Assembly (NCBI RefSeq): GCF_024223415.1
Contig: NZ_CP100500.1
Reading direction: 5' to 3' (one strand)
Source of the DNA: Escherichia coli
GTDB taxonomy: Bacteria; Pseudomonadota; Gammaproteobacteria; Enterobacterales; Enterobacteriaceae
DNA: 64,000 nucleotides
The notes under the pieces were generated by a model. The model saw only the letters and a program-made list of their open reading frames with translations, did no database searches and had not been told where the DNA came from. The position numbers and the translations under genes are program-made. This document shows positions 22,021-33,559 of the stretch, one piece after another. Each line of letters begins with the position of its first letter. Position 1 is the stretch's first letter.

Positions 22021-23703
22021 ATGGTTACCTGGACCCAAATGTATATGCCGATGGGAGGACTGGGGCTATCCGCTCTGGTCGCCCTGATCCCGATAATATT
22101 CTTCTTCGTTGCACTCGCGGTATTACGTCTGAAAGGACATGTCGCTGGAGCAATAACCCTTATATTATCTATCCTGATTGCAATATTCGCCTTTAAAATG
22201 CCGATTGATATGGCATTTGCTGCTGCGGGCTATGGCTTTATTTATGGATTATGGCCAATTGCGTGGATTATTGTCGCGGCGGTGTTCCTGTATAAATTAA
22301 CCGTTGCCAGCGGGCAGTTCGATATTATCCGCAGCTCGGTTATCTCCATCACCGACGATCAGCGTTTGCAGGTGTTACTGATTGGTTTCTCCTTTGGTGC
22401 GTTGCTGGAAGGAGCGGCTGGCTTTGGTGCCCCGGTGGCGATTACCGGTGCGCTGCTGGTGGGCCTGGGCTTCAAACCGTTATACGCGGCGGGGCTGTGT
22501 CTGATTGCCAATACTGCGCCGGTGGCGTTTGGTGCGTTGGGCGTGCCGATTCTGGTCGCCGGTCAGGTAACGGGAATCGATCCGTTCCACATTGGCGCAA
22601 TGGCGGGGCGTCAATTACCGTTCCTGTCGGTTCTTGTGCCGTTCTGGCTGGTAGCAATGATGGACGGCTGGAAAGGGGTGAAAGAGACGTGGCCAGCGGC
22701 GCTGGTTGCTGGGGGAAGCTTCGCTGTCACTCAGTTCTTTACCTCTAACTATATTGGTCCGGAACTGCCGGATATTACTTCGGCGCTGGTGAGTATCGTC
22801 TCACTCGCTTTATTCCTTAAAGTCTGGCGGCCGAAAAATACCGAAACGGCAATCAGCATGGGACAATCCGCAGGTGCGATGGTGGTAAATAAGCCATCTT
22901 CTGGCAGTCCCGTGCCTTCAGAATATAGTCTGGGGCAAATCATTCGAGCGTGGTCACCGTTTTTAATCTTAACGGTGCTGGTCACCATCTGGACCATGAA
23001 GCCGTTTAAAGCGTTATTTGCTCCGGGCGGCGCGTTTTATTCACTGGTGATTAATTTCCAGATCCCTCATTTGCATCAACAAGTGTTGAAAGCGGCACCC
23101 ATTGTCGCCCAACCAACGCCAATGGATGCGGTGTTTAAATTCGACCCCCTCTCGGCTGGCGGCACCGCTATTTTTATTGCGGCGATTATCTCTATCTTCA
23201 TCCTCGGCGTGGGCATCAAGAAAGGGATTGGCGTCTTTGCCGAAACGCTAATTAGTCTGAAGTGGCCGATATTGTCGATTGGCATGGTGCTGGCGTTCGC
23301 TTTCGTCACCAACTATTCCGGCATGTCCACCACGCTGGCGCTGGTACTGGCAGGTACAGGCGTGATGTTCCCGTTCTTCTCACCGTTTCTCGGCTGGCTG
23401 GGCGTATTCCTTACCGGCTCGGACACCTCCTCTAACGCCCTGTTTGGTTCACTGCAATCGACCACGGCGCAGCAAATCAACGTCTCTGACACTCTGCTGG
23501 TGGCAGCAAATACCAGCGGCGGCGTAACTGGCAAGATGATCTCCCCGCAATCTATCGCCGTGGCCTGCGCCGCGACGGGCATGGTGGGCCGAGAATCTGA
23601 ACTGTTCCGCTACACCGTGAAGCACAGTCTGATTTTTGCCAGCGTTATCGGCATTATCACGCTGTTGCAAGCGTATGTGTTTACCGGGATGTTAGTCTCG
23701 TAA
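22021..23703 (+). CDS. glcA: Glycolate/lactate permease (LctP family)
   Basis: 560 aa polytopic membrane protein of the LctP family immediately downstream of glcB. Confidence 0.88.
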   Translation: MVTWTQMYMPMGGLGLSALVALIPIIFFFVALAVLRLKGHVAGAITLILSILIAIFAFKMPIDMAFAAAGYGFIYGLWPIAWIIVAAVFLYKLTVASGQFDIIRSSVISITDDQRLQVLLIGFSFGALLEGAAGFGAPVAITGALLVGLGFKPLYAAGLCLIANTAPVAFGALGVPILVAGQVTGIDPFHIGAMAGRQLPFLSVLVPFWLVAMMDGWKGVKETWPAALVAGGSFAVTQFFTSNYIGPELPDITSALVSIVSLALFLKVWRPKNTETAISMGQSAGAMVVNKPSSGSPVPSEYSLGQIIRAWSPFLILTVLVTIWTMKPFKALFAPGGAFYSLVINFQIPHLHQQVLKAAPIVAQPTPMDAVFKFDPLSAGGTAIFIAAIISIFILGVGIKKGIGVFAETLISLKWPILSIGMVLAFAFVTNYSGMSTTLALVLAGTGVMFPFFSPFLGWLGVFLTGSDTSSNALFGSLQSTTAQQINVSDTLLVAANTSGGVTGKMISPQSIAVACAATGMVGRESELFRYTVKHSLIFASVIGIITLLQAYVFTGMLVS

Positions 23704-23711
23704 ATCAATAA

Positions 23712-23748
23712 AGCCGGATGATCGTCAATATCATCCGGCTTCATTTAC
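23712..23748 (+). terminator. Rho-independent terminator after glcA
   Basis: Inverted repeat agccggatgat-cgtcaat-atcatccggct followed by a T-rich tract. Confidence 0.6.
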
Positions 23749-24187
23749 ATTATTCTGTCTTATTAATTGAAAATCATTTCTCGCTTTATTATCCATGCAG
23801 CAATAATGTTTTGCGTTCAGATAACCTGCTAAATAATTAAGAGCGTGAGGACATCTATTTTTTTATCACGCAAAACAAGTCTGTATTAATTATGTTCGCT
23901 TGATGAGCAAACACCGTTCTATCTGTTGCTTTTGCAATCTTAATCGTTAAAACTACCAACGAATTTATATAGTTACGTTGTGAAATGTTGTTAATTTTTT
24001 GTTTATTGAAATTTCGTAAAAATAGCCAGATAGACATCGTATAGGGGTTATTCTTATAAATTTCACCTGTTTTCTATCAATGATGTCGTTTTCTTAAGAA
24101 TGGAGGAAATTATTAAAGAAGATAAAGCATAAAACTATTTCTCCCAGTTACGAATTTTTTAACATTGTTTTGTCACTTGCGTTATTA
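23749..24187 (+). promoter_or_regulatory. AT-rich upstream regulatory region of sslE
   Basis: ~440 bp markedly AT-rich, ORF-poor stretch ahead of sslE; typical of silenced/regulated promoters of secreted virulence factors. Confidence 0.35.
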
Positions 24188-27100
24188 ATGAATAAGAAAT
24201 TTAAATATAAGAAATCGCTTTTAGCGGCTATTTTGAGTGCAACCCTGTTAGCCGGTTGTGATGGCGGTGGCTCCGGATCTTCCTCCGATACGCCGCCTGT
24301 AGATTCTGGAACAGGGTCTTTGCCGGAAGTGAAACCTGATCCAACACCAAACCCGGAGCCGACGCCTGAGCCAACGCCGGACCCAGAGCCTACGCCAGAA
24401 CCGACACCTGATCCTGAACCAACACCAGAACCGGAGCCAGAACCTGTTCCTACGAAAACGGGTTATCTGACCCTGGGCGGAAGCCAGCGGGTAACTGGTG
24501 CTACCTGTAATGGTGAATCCAGCGATGGCTTTACATTTAAACCTGGCGAGGACGTTACTTGCGTGGCGGGTAACACGACAATTGCCACCTTCAACACTCA
24601 GTCAGAAGCTGCGCGTAGCCTGCGTGCGGTTGAAAAAGTGTCGTTTAGTCTTGAGGACGCTCAAGAACTGGCGGCTTCCGACAATAAGAAAAGCAATGCG
24701 GTTTCGCTGGTAACGTCCAGTAACAGCTGTCCGGCGGATACAGAACAGGTTTGCCTGACGTTCTCCTCGGTGATAGAGAGTAAACGTTTCGACTCGCTGT
24801 ATAAGCAAATCGATCTGGCACCGGAAGAGTTCAAAAAGCTGGTCAATGAAGAGGTGGAAAACAATGCTGCGACCGATAAAGCGCCATCAACTCATACTTC
24901 ACCGGTCGTGCCCGTCACCACGCCGGGAACAAAACCGGATCTGAACGCTTCCTTCGTGTCGGCTAACGCGGAACAGTTTTATCAGTATCAACCCACTGAA
25001 ATCATTCTCTCCGAAGGCCGACTGGTGGATAGCCAGGGATATGGTGTTGCTGGCGTCAACTACTACACCAATTCAGGCCGTGGCGTGACAGGGGAAAATG
25101 GTGAATTTTCCTTTAGCTGGGGCGAAACCATCTCCTTTGGTATTGATACCTTTGAACTGGGGTCAGTGCGCGGCAATAAGTCGACCATTGCGCTGACTGA
25201 ACTGGGTGATGAAGTTCGCGGGGCGAATATTGATCAGCTTATTCATCGCTATTCGACGACCAGGCAAAATAATACCCGTGTTGTGCCGGACGATGTACGC
25301 AAGGTCTTTGCCGAATATCCCAACGTGATCAACGAGATTATCAATCTCTCGTTATCCAACGGTGCGACGCTGGATGAAGGTGAGCAAGTTGTTAATCTGC
25401 CAAACGAATTTATTGAGCAGTTTAATACGGGTCAGGCCAAAGAGATCGATACCGCGATTTGTGCGAAAACCGATGGTTGTAACGAGGCTCGCTGGTTCTC
25501 GCTGACGACGCGCAATGTTAATGACGGCCAGATTCAGGGCGTTATTAACAAGCTGTGGGGTGTGGATGAAGATTACAAATCGGTGACGAAATTCCACGTC
25601 TTTCATGACTCTACCAACTTCTATGGCAGCACTGGTAATGCGCGCGGTCAGGCGGTGGTGAATATCTCCAACGCGGCCTTCCCAATTCTGATGGCGCGTA
25701 ATGATAAAAACTACTGGCTGGCGTTTGGCGAAAAACGCGCCTGGGATAAAAACGAGCTGGCGTACATTACGGAAGCGCCTTCTCTTGTTGAGCCGGAAAA
25801 CGTTACGCGCGATACCGCCACCTTTAACCTGCCGTTTATTTCGCTGGGGCAAGTCGGTGAGGGCAAACTGATGGTTATCGCTAACCCGCACTACAACAGC
25901 ATTTTGCGTTGCCCGAACGGTTACAGCTGGAACGGGGGCGTTAATAAAGACGGGCAGTGTACGCTCAGCGGTGATTCAGATGACATGAAGCACTTCATGC
26001 AGAACGTACTGCGCTATCTGTCCGACGATAAATGGACGCCGGACGCGAAAGCCAGCATGACCGTAGGCACCAACCTGGATACTGTCTATTTCAAACGTCA
26101 TGGTCAGGTTACAGGAAACAGCGCTGAGTTCGGCTTTCATCCGGATTTTGCGGGTATCTCTGTTGAGCATTTAAGTAGCTATGGCGATCTCGACCCGCAG
26201 GAAATGCCGCTGCTGATCCTCAACGGCTTTGAGTATGTGACTCAGGTTGGTAATGATCCTTATGCAATCCCGCTGCGTGCAGATACCAGCAAACCGAAGC
26301 TGACTCAGCAGGATGTGACCGATTTGATCGCCTATATGAACAAAGGTGGAGCGGTGCTGATCATGGAAAACGTGATGAGCAATCTTAAGGAAGAGAGCGC
26401 GTCTGGTTTTGTGCGTCTGTTGGATGCTGCAGGTCTGTCAATGGCACTGAACAAGTCGGTGGTGAATAACGATCCTCAAGGGTATCCGAACCGCGTTCGT
26501 CAGCAGCGCGCAACGGGCATTTGGGTCTATGAACGTTATCCTGCCGTAGACGGTGCGCTGCCGTACACCATCGATAGTAAGACAGGGGAAGTTAAGTGGA
26601 AATATCAGGTAGAAAACAAACCTGATGACAAACCGAAACTGGAAGTTGCCAGCTGGCAGGAGGAAGTTGAGGGCAAACAGGTAACGCGTTATGCCTTTAT
26701 TGATGAGGCGGAGTTTAAAACAAAAGAGTCTCTGGAGGCTGCAAAGGCAAAAATCTTTGAGAAGTTTCCTGGATTACAGGAGTGTAAGGACTCGACATAT
26801 CACTACGAAATCAACTGTCTGGAATACCGTCCTGGTACGAAAGTTCCGGTAACCGGTGGCATGTATGTTCCGCAGTATACGCAACTGAATCTCAGCGCCG
26901 ATACTGCGAAAGCGATGGTGCAGGCGGCGGATTTAGGCACCAACATTCAGCGTCTGTATCAGCACGAGCTTTACTTCCGTACCAATGGTCGCAAAGGTGA
27001 GCGTCTGAGCAGCGTCGATCTGGAACGTCTGTACCAGAACATGTCGGTCTGGCTGTGGAATAAAATTGAATATCGCTATGAAAACGACAAGGATGACGAG

Positions 27101-28747
27101 CTGGGCTTTAAAACGTTCACCGAGTTCCTGAACTGCTACGCCAATGATGCTTATGCAGGCGGCACCAAGTGTTCTGCAGATCTCAAAAAATCGCTGGTCG
27201 ATAACAAGATGATCTACGGTGAAAGTAGTGGCAAAGCGGGCATGATGAACCCGAGCTATCCGCTCAACTATATGGAAAAACCGCTGACGCGCCTGATGCT
27301 GGGGCGTTCCTGGTGGGATCTGAACATCAAAGTTGATGTCGAGAAGTATCCGGGAGCGGTATCGGCTGAAGGTGAGAAGGTTACTGAAAGCATCAGCCTG
27401 TACTCGAATCCGACCAAATGGTTTGCGGGTAACATGCAATCAACCGGCCTGTGGGCTCCGGCTCAGAAAGAGGTCACCATTAAGTCCAATGCGAACGTTC
27501 CTGTGACCGTCACCGTGGCGCTGGCTGACGACCTGACCGGACGTGAGAAGCATGAAGTTGCGCTGAACCGTCCGCCAAGAGTGACTAAAACGTACTCTCT
27601 GGACGCTAGCGGTACGGTGAAGTTCAAGGTGCCTTACGGTGGCCTGATTTATATCAAGGGCAATAGCTCTACCAATGAATCTGCCAGCTTCACCTTTACT
27701 GGCGTGGTAAAAGCACCGTTCTATAAAGACGGCGCATGGAAAAACGATCTGAACTCACCGGCTCCGCTGGGTGAGCTGGAATCAGACGCTTTCGTCTATA
27801 CCACACCGAAGAAGAACCTGAATGCCAGCAATTACACTGGCGGACTGGAGCAATTCGCTAACGATCTGGACACCTTTGCCAGCTCGATGAATGACTTCTA
27901 CGGTCGTAATGAAACGAGCGGTAAGCACCGGATGTTTACCTATAAAGCATTGACGGGACATAAACATCGTTTCACAAACGATGTGCAGATCTCCATCGGT
28001 GATGCGCACTCGGGTTATCCGGTAATGAACAGCAGCTTCTCGACGAACAGCACCACGCTGCCGACGACGCCGCTGAACGACTGGTTGATCTGGCACGAAG
28101 TAGGGCACAACGCCGCAGAAACGCCGCTGACTGTTCCAGGCGCGACCGAAGTGGCGAACAACGTGCTGGCGCTGTACATGCAGGATCGCTATCTCGGCAA
28201 GATGAACCGTGTCGCTGACGATATTACCGTCGCACCGGAATATCTGGAGGAGAGCAACGGTCAGGCATGGGCGCGTGGCGGTGCGGGTGATCGTCTGCTG
28301 ATGTACGCACAACTGAAGGAATGGGCAGAGAAAAACTTTGATATCAAGAAATGGTATCCAGAAGGCTCTCTGCCAGCGTTCTACAGCGATCGTGAAGGGA
28401 TGAAAGGCTGGAACCTGTTCCAGTTGATGCACCGTAAAGCGCGCGGCGATGATGTTGGCGACAAGACCTTTGGTGGCAAGAATTACTGTGCCGAATCCAA
28501 CGGTAACGCTGCGGACACGCTGATGCTGTGTGCCTCCTGGGTCGCTCAGACGGACCTTTCCGCATTCTTTAAGAAATGGAATCCGGGCGCGAATGCTTAC
28601 CAGCTGCCGGGGGTGAGCGAGATGAACTTCGAGGGCGGCGTGAGCCAGTCGGCTTACAACACGCTCGCGGCGCTTAATCTGCCGAAACCGCAGCAAGGGC
28701 CGGAAAATATTAATCAGGTTACCGAGCATAAGATGTCAGCCGAGTAA
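24188..28747 (+). CDS. sslE: SslE/YghJ lipoprotein, M60-like zinc metalloprotease (mucinase), T2SS substrate
   Basis: ATG at 24188 (MNKKFKYKK); lipobox LLAGC; Pro/Thr-rich PEPTPEP linker; HExxH zinc motif WLIWHEVGHNAAE near C-terminal domain; upstream of pppA-yghG-gsp. Confidence 0.85.
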   Translation: MNKKFKYKKSLLAAILSATLLAGCDGGGSGSSSDTPPVDSGTGSLPEVKPDPTPNPEPTPEPTPDPEPTPEPTPDPEPTPEPEPEPVPTKTGYLTLGGSQRVTGATCNGESSDGFTFKPGEDVTCVAGNTTIATFNTQSEAARSLRAVEKVSFSLEDAQELAASDNKKSNAVSLVTSSNSCPADTEQVCLTFSSVIESKRFDSLYKQIDLAPEEFKKLVNEEVENNAATDKAPSTHTSPVVPVTTPGTKPDLNASFVSANAEQFYQYQPTEIILSEGRLVDSQGYGVAGVNYYTNSGRGVTGENGEFSFSWGETISFGIDTFELGSVRGNKSTIALTELGDEVRGANIDQLIHRYSTTRQNNTRVVPDDVRKVFAEYPNVINEIINLSLSNGATLDEGEQVVNLPNEFIEQFNTGQAKEIDTAICAKTDGCNEARWFSLTTRNVNDGQIQGVINKLWGVDEDYKSVTKFHVFHDSTNFYGSTGNARGQAVVNISNAAFPILMARNDKNYWLAFGEKRAWDKNELAYITEAPSLVEPENVTRDTATFNLPFISLGQVGEGKLMVIANPHYNSILRCPNGYSWNGGVNKDGQCTLSGDSDDMKHFMQNVLRYLSDDKWTPDAKASMTVGTNLDTVYFKRHGQVTGNSAEFGFHPDFAGISVEHLSSYGDLDPQEMPLLILNGFEYVTQVGNDPYAIPLRADTSKPKLTQQDVTDLIAYMNKGGAVLIMENVMSNLKEESASGFVRLLDAAGLSMALNKSVVNNDPQGYPNRVRQQRATGIWVYERYPAVDGALPYTIDSKTGEVKWKYQVENKPDDKPKLEVASWQEEVEGKQVTRYAFIDEAEFKTKESLEAAKAKIFEKFPGLQECKDSTYHYEINCLEYRPGTKVPVTGGMYVPQYTQLNLSADTAKAMVQAADLGTNIQRLYQHELYFRTNGRKGERLSSVDLERLYQNMSVWLWNKIEYRYENDKDDELGFKTFTEFLNCYANDAYAGGTKCSADLKKSLVDNKMIYGESSGKAGMMNPSYPLNYMEKPLTRLMLGRSWWDLNIKVDVEKYPGAVSAEGEKVTESISLYSNPTKWFAGNMQSTGLWAPAQKEVTIKSNANVPVTVTVALADDLTGREKHEVALNRPPRVTKTYSLDASGTVKFKVPYGGLIYIKGNSSTNESASFTFTGVVKAPFYKDGAWKNDLNSPAPLGELESDAFVYTTPKKNLNASNYTGGLEQFANDLDTFASSMNDFYGRNETSGKHRMFTYKALTGHKHRFTNDVQISIGDAHSGYPVMNSSFSTNSTTLPTTPLNDWLIWHEVGHNAAETPLTVPGATEVANNVLALYMQDRYLGKMNRVADDITVAPEYLEESNGQAWARGGAGDRLLMYAQLKEWAEKNFDIKKWYPEGSLPAFYSDREGMKGWNLFQLMHRKARGDDVGDKTFGGKNYCAESNGNAADTLMLCASWVAQTDLSAFFKKWNPGANAYQLPGVSEMNFEGGVSQSAYNTLAALNLPKPQQGPENINQVTEHKMSAE

Positions 28748-28751
28748 GCCT

Positions 28752-29190
28752 GTATGCCGGATAAGGCGCTCGCGCCGCATCCGGCATGAAATAAGGCGCA
28801 CCGGGTCAACACATATGCCCGATGCGCAAGCTTATCGGGCCTACAGAGAGGGAAAGCTGCGTTTATTTGCGTTGGCAGACACCTGTAGGCCGGATAAGGC
28901 GTTCACGCCGCATCCGGCATGAAATAAGGCGCACCGGGTCAACACATATGCCCGATGCGCAAGCTTATCGGGCCTACAGAGAGGGAAAGCTGCGTTTATT
29001 TGCGTTGGCAGACACCTGTAGGCCGGATAAGGCGCTCGCGCCGCATCCGGCATGATATAAGGCGTATCGGGTTAACACATATGCCCGATGCGCCATCTTA
29101 TCGGGTCTTCAGGGAAAGCCGCGATTACTTGCGTTGGCAGATACCTGTAGGCCGGATAAGGCGTTTTACGCCGCATCCGGCAAGTTACAA
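28752..29190. repeat. REP/BIME cluster: four REP palindromes with ~120-140 bp tandem repeat units
   Basis: Repeated gccggataaggcg...cgccgcatccggca palindromes and near-identical ~125 bp units; these create spurious duplicated ORF N-termini (28822 and 28955 ORFs share identical first ~30 aa). Confidence 0.8.
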
Positions 29191-29206
29191 CAAACAACCT
29201 TTAACC

Positions 29207-30016
29207 ATGCTTTTTGATGTTTTTCAGCAATACCCTGCGGCGATGCCCATCCTGGCAACCGTCGGAGGATTAATCATCGGTAGTTTTTTGAATGTGGTGA
29301 TTTGGCGTTACCCCATCATGCTGCGCCAACAAATGGCGGAGTTTCATGGTGAAATGCCGAGTGCGCAGTCAAAAATAAGCCTTGCGCTACCGCGTTCGCA
29401 CTGCCCACATTGTCAGCAGACCATCCGGATACGTGACAATATTCCGCTGCTCTCCTGGCTGATGCTCAAAGGGCGCTGCCGTGATTGTCAGGCGAAAATC
29501 AGCAAGCGTTATCCGCTGGTGGAGTTATTGACGGCACTCGCTTTTTTGCTGGCGAGCCTGGTGTGGCCGGAAAGTGGATGGGCGCTGGCGGTGATGATAT
29601 TATCCGCCTGGCTGATTGCCGCGAGCATCATCGACCTCGATCACCAATGGCTGCCCGATGTTTTTACTCAGGGCGTATTGTGGACGGGACTAATTGCGGC
29701 ATGGGCGCAGCAGAGCCCGCTCACGCTACAAGATGCAGTCACCGGCGTCCTGGTGGGGTTTATCACTTTTTACTCTCTGCGCTGGATAGCCGGAATAGTT
29801 CTGCGTAAAGAAGCATTAGGCATGGGCGATGTATTATTGTTCGCCGCTTTAGGTAGTTGGGTGGGACCGTTATCACTGCCCAATGTTGCTTTAATCGCCT
29901 CATGCTGCGGCCTGATATATGCCGTTATTACAAAAAGAGGATCAACCACACTGCCTTTTGGACCGTGTTTAAGTCTGGGCGGTATAGCAACACTTTATCT
30001 ACAGGCATTGTTTTAA
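29207..30016 (+). CDS. pppA: Prepilin peptidase (type 4 prepilin-like leader peptidase/N-methyltransferase)
   Basis: 269 aa from ATG at 29207 ([10 protein letters not shown]); Cys-rich CPHCQ...CRDCQ zinc motif and polytopic peptidase domain; upstream ORF-track extension is repeat-derived. Confidence 0.85.
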   Translation: MLFDVFQQYPAAMPILATVGGLIIGSFLNVVIWRYPIMLRQQMAEFHGEMPSAQSKISLALPRSHCPHCQQTIRIRDNIPLLSWLMLKGRCRDCQAKISKRYPLVELLTALAFLLASLVWPESGWALAVMILSAWLIAASIIDLDHQWLPDVFTQGVLWTGLIAAWAQQSPLTLQDAVTGVLVGFITFYSLRWIAGIVLRKEALGMGDVLLFAALGSWVGPLSLPNVALIASCCGLIYAVITKRGSTTLPFGPCLSLGGIATLYLQALF

Positions 30017-30081
30017 TGATAACCACGTCATTATCAAAGTGACATTTTAACTCTTATTAATAACCTTAGAGATTATTTACC

Positions 30082-30492
30082 ATGTCGATAAAACAAATGC
30101 CAGGGAGGGTATTAATATCGCTATTGTTGAGCGTTACAGGATTATTAAGTGGCTGTGCCGGCCATAATGAAAATGCCAGTTTACTGGCGAAAAAACAGGC
30201 GCAAAATATCAGCCAAAACCTGCCGATTAAATCTGCGGGATATACCTTAGTGCTGGCACAAAGTAGCGGCACGACGGTAAAAATGACCATTATCAGCGAA
30301 GCGGGTACTCAGACCACGCAGACACCTGACGTCTTTTTAACCAGCTATCAACGACAAATGTGCGCTGACCCAACGGTGAAATTAATGCTCACTGAGGGAA
30401 TTAATTACAGCATAACGATTAATGATACACGTACAGGTAACCAGTATCAGCGGAAACTGGATCGTACCACCTGTGGAATAGTCAAAGCATAA
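30082..30492 (+). CDS. yghG: T2SS-beta pilotin lipoprotein (GspS-beta / YghG)
   Basis: 136 aa; lipobox LLSGC; located between pppA and gspC. Confidence 0.7.
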   Translation: MSIKQMPGRVLISLLLSVTGLLSGCAGHNENASLLAKKQAQNISQNLPIKSAGYTLVLAQSSGTTVKMTIISEAGTQTTQTPDVFLTSYQRQMCADPTVKLMLTEGINYSITINDTRTGNQYQRKLDRTTCGIVKA

Positions 30493-30509
30493 CGTCGGGT
30501 AGATATAAA

Positions 30510-31469
30510 TTGGCGCGGGTTGTTTTTCGTGACGCACGAATTTATCTCATTCAATGGCTGACAAAAATTCGTCACACTCTTAACCAGAGACAATCTCTTA
30601 ATACAGACAAAGAGCATCTGCGAAAAATTGCACGCGGGATGTTCTGGCTGATGCTGCTTATTATTTCTGCAAAAGTGGCGCATTCACTCTGGCGTTATTT
30701 CTGCTTTTCTGCGGAATATACGGCGGTTTCCCCATCGGTGAATAAACCGCCCCGTACGGATGCAAAAACGTTCGATAAAAATGACGTGCAATTAATCAGC
30801 CAGCAAAACTGGTTTGGCAAATATCAGCCCGTCGCCGCACCGGTAAAACAACCCGAACCTGCACCTGTGGCCGAAACGCGTCTTAATGTGGTGCTGCGCG
30901 GGATCGCCTTTGGTGCCAGACCCGGCGCGGTTATTGAAGAAGGTGGCAAACAGCAGGTCTATTTGCAGGGGGAACGGCTTGGTTCTCACAACGCGGTGAT
31001 TGAGGAAATCAACCGCGACCATGTGATGCTGCGCTATCAGGGAAAAATAGAGCGCCTGAGCCTGGCTGAAGAGGAGCGTTCCACCGTTGCCGTGACCAAC
31101 AAAAAAGCTGTCAGTGACGAAGCAAAGCAAGCTGTTGCTGAACCTGCTGTCAGTGCGCCAGTTGAGATCCCGACTGCCGTGCGTCAGGCACTGGCGAAAG
31201 ATCCGCAGAAAATTTTTAACTATATCCAGCTTACGCCTGTGCGTAAGGAGGGAATTGTCGGTTATGCAGTGAAGCCGGGGGCAGATCGTTCTCTGTTCGA
31301 TGCCAGCGGTTTTAAGGAAGGCGATATCGCCATTGCGCTAAATCAGCAGGATTTCACTGATCCACGAGCAATGATTGCTCTGATGCGGCAGTTACCTTCA
31401 ATGGATTCCATTCAACTTACGGTTTTACGCAAGGGTGCGCGCCACGATATTTCCATCGCGCTGCGCTAA
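30510..31469 (+). CDS. gspC: Type II secretion system protein C (start uncertain)
   Basis: Single N-terminal TM helix, first gene of the gsp operon immediately upstream of gspD. Confidence 0.65.
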   Translation: MARVVFRDARIYLIQWLTKIRHTLNQRQSLNTDKEHLRKIARGMFWLMLLIISAKVAHSLWRYFCFSAEYTAVSPSVNKPPRTDAKTFDKNDVQLISQQNWFGKYQPVAAPVKQPEPAPVAETRLNVVLRGIAFGARPGAVIEEGGKQQVYLQGERLGSHNAVIEEINRDHVMLRYQGKIERLSLAEEERSTVAVTNKKAVSDEAKQAVAEPAVSAPVEIPTAVRQALAKDPQKIFNYIQLTPVRKEGIVGYAVKPGADRSLFDASGFKEGDIAIALNQQDFTDPRAMIALMRQLPSMDSIQLTVLRKGARHDISIALR

Positions 31470-31498
31470 CCGCATTTAATCCAGGAGAATCATTCATC

Positions 31499-33559
31499 GT
31501 GTTTTGGCGTGATATTACGTTGTCGGTCTGGCGTAAGAAGACAACTGGCCTCAAAACAAAAAAGCGTTTACTGCCGCTGGTGCTGGCAGCGGCATTATGC
31601 AGTTCACCGGTCTGGGCGGAAGAAGCCACTTTCACCGCTAATTTTAAAGATACCGACCTGAAATCGTTCATCGAAACCGTCGGCGCTAACCTTAATAAAA
31701 CCATCATTATGGGGCCGGGCGTACAGGGGAAAGTGAGTATTCGCACCATGACCCCGCTCAATGAACGCCAGTATTACCAGCTATTCCTTAACCTGCTGGA
31801 AGCACAGGGGTATGCCGTCGTACCGATGGAAAACGACGTGCTGAAGGTGGTGAAATCCAGCGCTGCGAAAGTCGAGCCGCTGCCGCTGGTCGGTGAAGGC
31901 AGCGACAACTACGCGGGCGATGAAATGGTCACCAAAGTAGTGCCGGTACGTAATGTGTCGGTACGCGAGCTGGCACCGATTCTGCGCCAGATGATCGACA
32001 GCGCAGGCTCAGGCAACGTTGTTAATTACGATCCCTCCAACGTGATTATGCTCACCGGACGCGCCTCCGTTGTGGAGCGGCTGACGGAAGTGATCCAGCG
32101 TGTGGATCACGCGGGTAATCGCACTGAAGAGGTGATCCCGCTGGATAACGCCTCGGCTTCGGAAATCGCCCGCGTGCTGGAAAGCCTGACTAAAAACAGC
32201 GGCGAGAACCAGCCTGCGACGCTGAAATCTCAAATTGTCGCCGACGAACGCACCAACAGTGTGATTGTCAGTGGTGACCCGGCCACGCGGGACAAAATGC
32301 GCCGTCTGATCCGTCGGCTGGACTCAGAAATGGAGCGCAGCGGCAACAGCCAGGTTTTCTATCTCAAATACAGCAAAGCGGAAGATCTGGTCGATGTGCT
32401 GAAGCAGGTCAGCGGCACGCTCACGGCGGCTAAAGAAGAGGCGGAAGGCACCGTCGGTAGCGGGCGTGAGGTTGTCTCCATCGCCGCCAGCAAACACAGT
32501 AATGCCCTGATTGTTACTGCGCCGCAGGACATCATGCAGTCGCTGCAAAGCGTGATTGAACAACTGGATATTCGCCGTGCTCAGGTGCACGTCGAGGCGT
32601 TGATCGTGGAAGTTGCCGAAGGTAGCAATATCAATTTCGGCGTGCAGTGGGCGTCGAAAGATGCCGGATTAATGCAGTTTGCTAACGGTACGCAGATCCC
32701 TATTGGTACGCTGGGGGCAGCCATTTCTCAGGCGAAACCGCAGAAAGGCTCGACGGTGATCAGTGAAAACGGCGCTACCACCATTAATCCGGATACCAAC
32801 GGCGATCTCTCCACGCTCGCCCAGCTTCTTTCCGGCTTTAGCGGTACGGCGGTTGGTGTGGTGAAAGGCGACTGGATGGCGCTGGTGCAGGCGGTTAAAA
32901 ACGACTCCAGCTCTAACGTGCTCTCCACGCCGAGCATCACCACGCTGGACAACCAGGAAGCCTTCTTCATGGTGGGTCAGGACGTTCCGGTATTAACCGG
33001 CTCTACCGTTGGCTCCAATAACAGCAATCCTTTCAATACAGTAGAAAGGAAAAAAGTCGGCATCATGCTGAAAGTCACGCCGCAGATTAACGAAGGTAAC
33101 GCGGTACAGATGGTGATTGAGCAGGAAGTCTCGAAGGTGGAAGGACAGACCAGCCTCGACGTGGTGTTTGGTGAGCGCAAACTGAAAACCACCGTACTGG
33201 CTAACGATGGCGAGCTGATCGTGCTTGGCGGTCTGATGGACGACCAGGCGGGAGAAAGTGTGGCGAAAGTGCCGTTACTGGGCGATATCCCATTGATTGG
33301 TAACCTGTTTAAATCGACGGCGGATAAAAAAGAAAAACGTAACCTGATGGTGTTTATCCGCCCGACCATTCTGCGTGACGGTATGGCGGCAGACGGCGTG
33401 TCGCAGCGCAAATATAACTATATGCGCGCCGAGCAGATCTATCGCGATGAACAAGGCTTAAGCCTGATGCCGCACACCGCGCAGCCGGTACTGCCAGCGC
33501 AAAACCAGGCCTTACCGCCGGAAGTACGCGCGTTCCTCAATGCCGGGAGAACGCGTTAA
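31499..33559 (+). CDS. gspD: Type II secretion system secretin
   Basis: 686 aa; signal peptide, N-domains and C-terminal secretin domain ([15 protein letters not shown]). Confidence 0.85.
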   Translation: MFWRDITLSVWRKKTTGLKTKKRLLPLVLAAALCSSPVWAEEATFTANFKDTDLKSFIETVGANLNKTIIMGPGVQGKVSIRTMTPLNERQYYQLFLNLLEAQGYAVVPMENDVLKVVKSSAAKVEPLPLVGEGSDNYAGDEMVTKVVPVRNVSVRELAPILRQMIDSAGSGNVVNYDPSNVIMLTGRASVVERLTEVIQRVDHAGNRTEEVIPLDNASASEIARVLESLTKNSGENQPATLKSQIVADERTNSVIVSGDPATRDKMRRLIRRLDSEMERSGNSQVFYLKYSKAEDLVDVLKQVSGTLTAAKEEAEGTVGSGREVVSIAASKHSNALIVTAPQDIMQSLQSVIEQLDIRRAQVHVEALIVEVAEGSNINFGVQWASKDAGLMQFANGTQIPIGTLGAAISQAKPQKGSTVISENGATTINPDTNGDLSTLAQLLSGFSGTAVGVVKGDWMALVQAVKNDSSSNVLSTPSITTLDNQEAFFMVGQDVPVLTGSTVGSNNSNPFNTVERKKVGIMLKVTPQINEGNAVQMVIEQEVSKVEGQTSLDVVFGERKLKTTVLANDGELIVLGGLMDDQAGESVAKVPLLGDIPLIGNLFKSTADKKEKRNLMVFIRPTILRDGMAADGVSQRKYNYMRAEQIYRDEQGLSLMPHTAQPVLPAQNQALPPEVRAFLNAGRTR

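Noticed and set aside
28752-29190. Possible CRISPR array suggested by regularly spaced repeats
   Set aside because: The repeats are REP-type imperfect palindromes and the spacers are themselves near-identical copies; no cas genes nearby. Classified as a BIME/REP cluster.
28822-29206. ORF 28822-29055 and the N-terminal extension of the pppA ORF (28955-29206)
   Set aside because: Both lie in the REP/BIME repeats and have duplicated translations; the genuine pppA start is the ATG at 29207, giving the expected ~269-aa peptidase.
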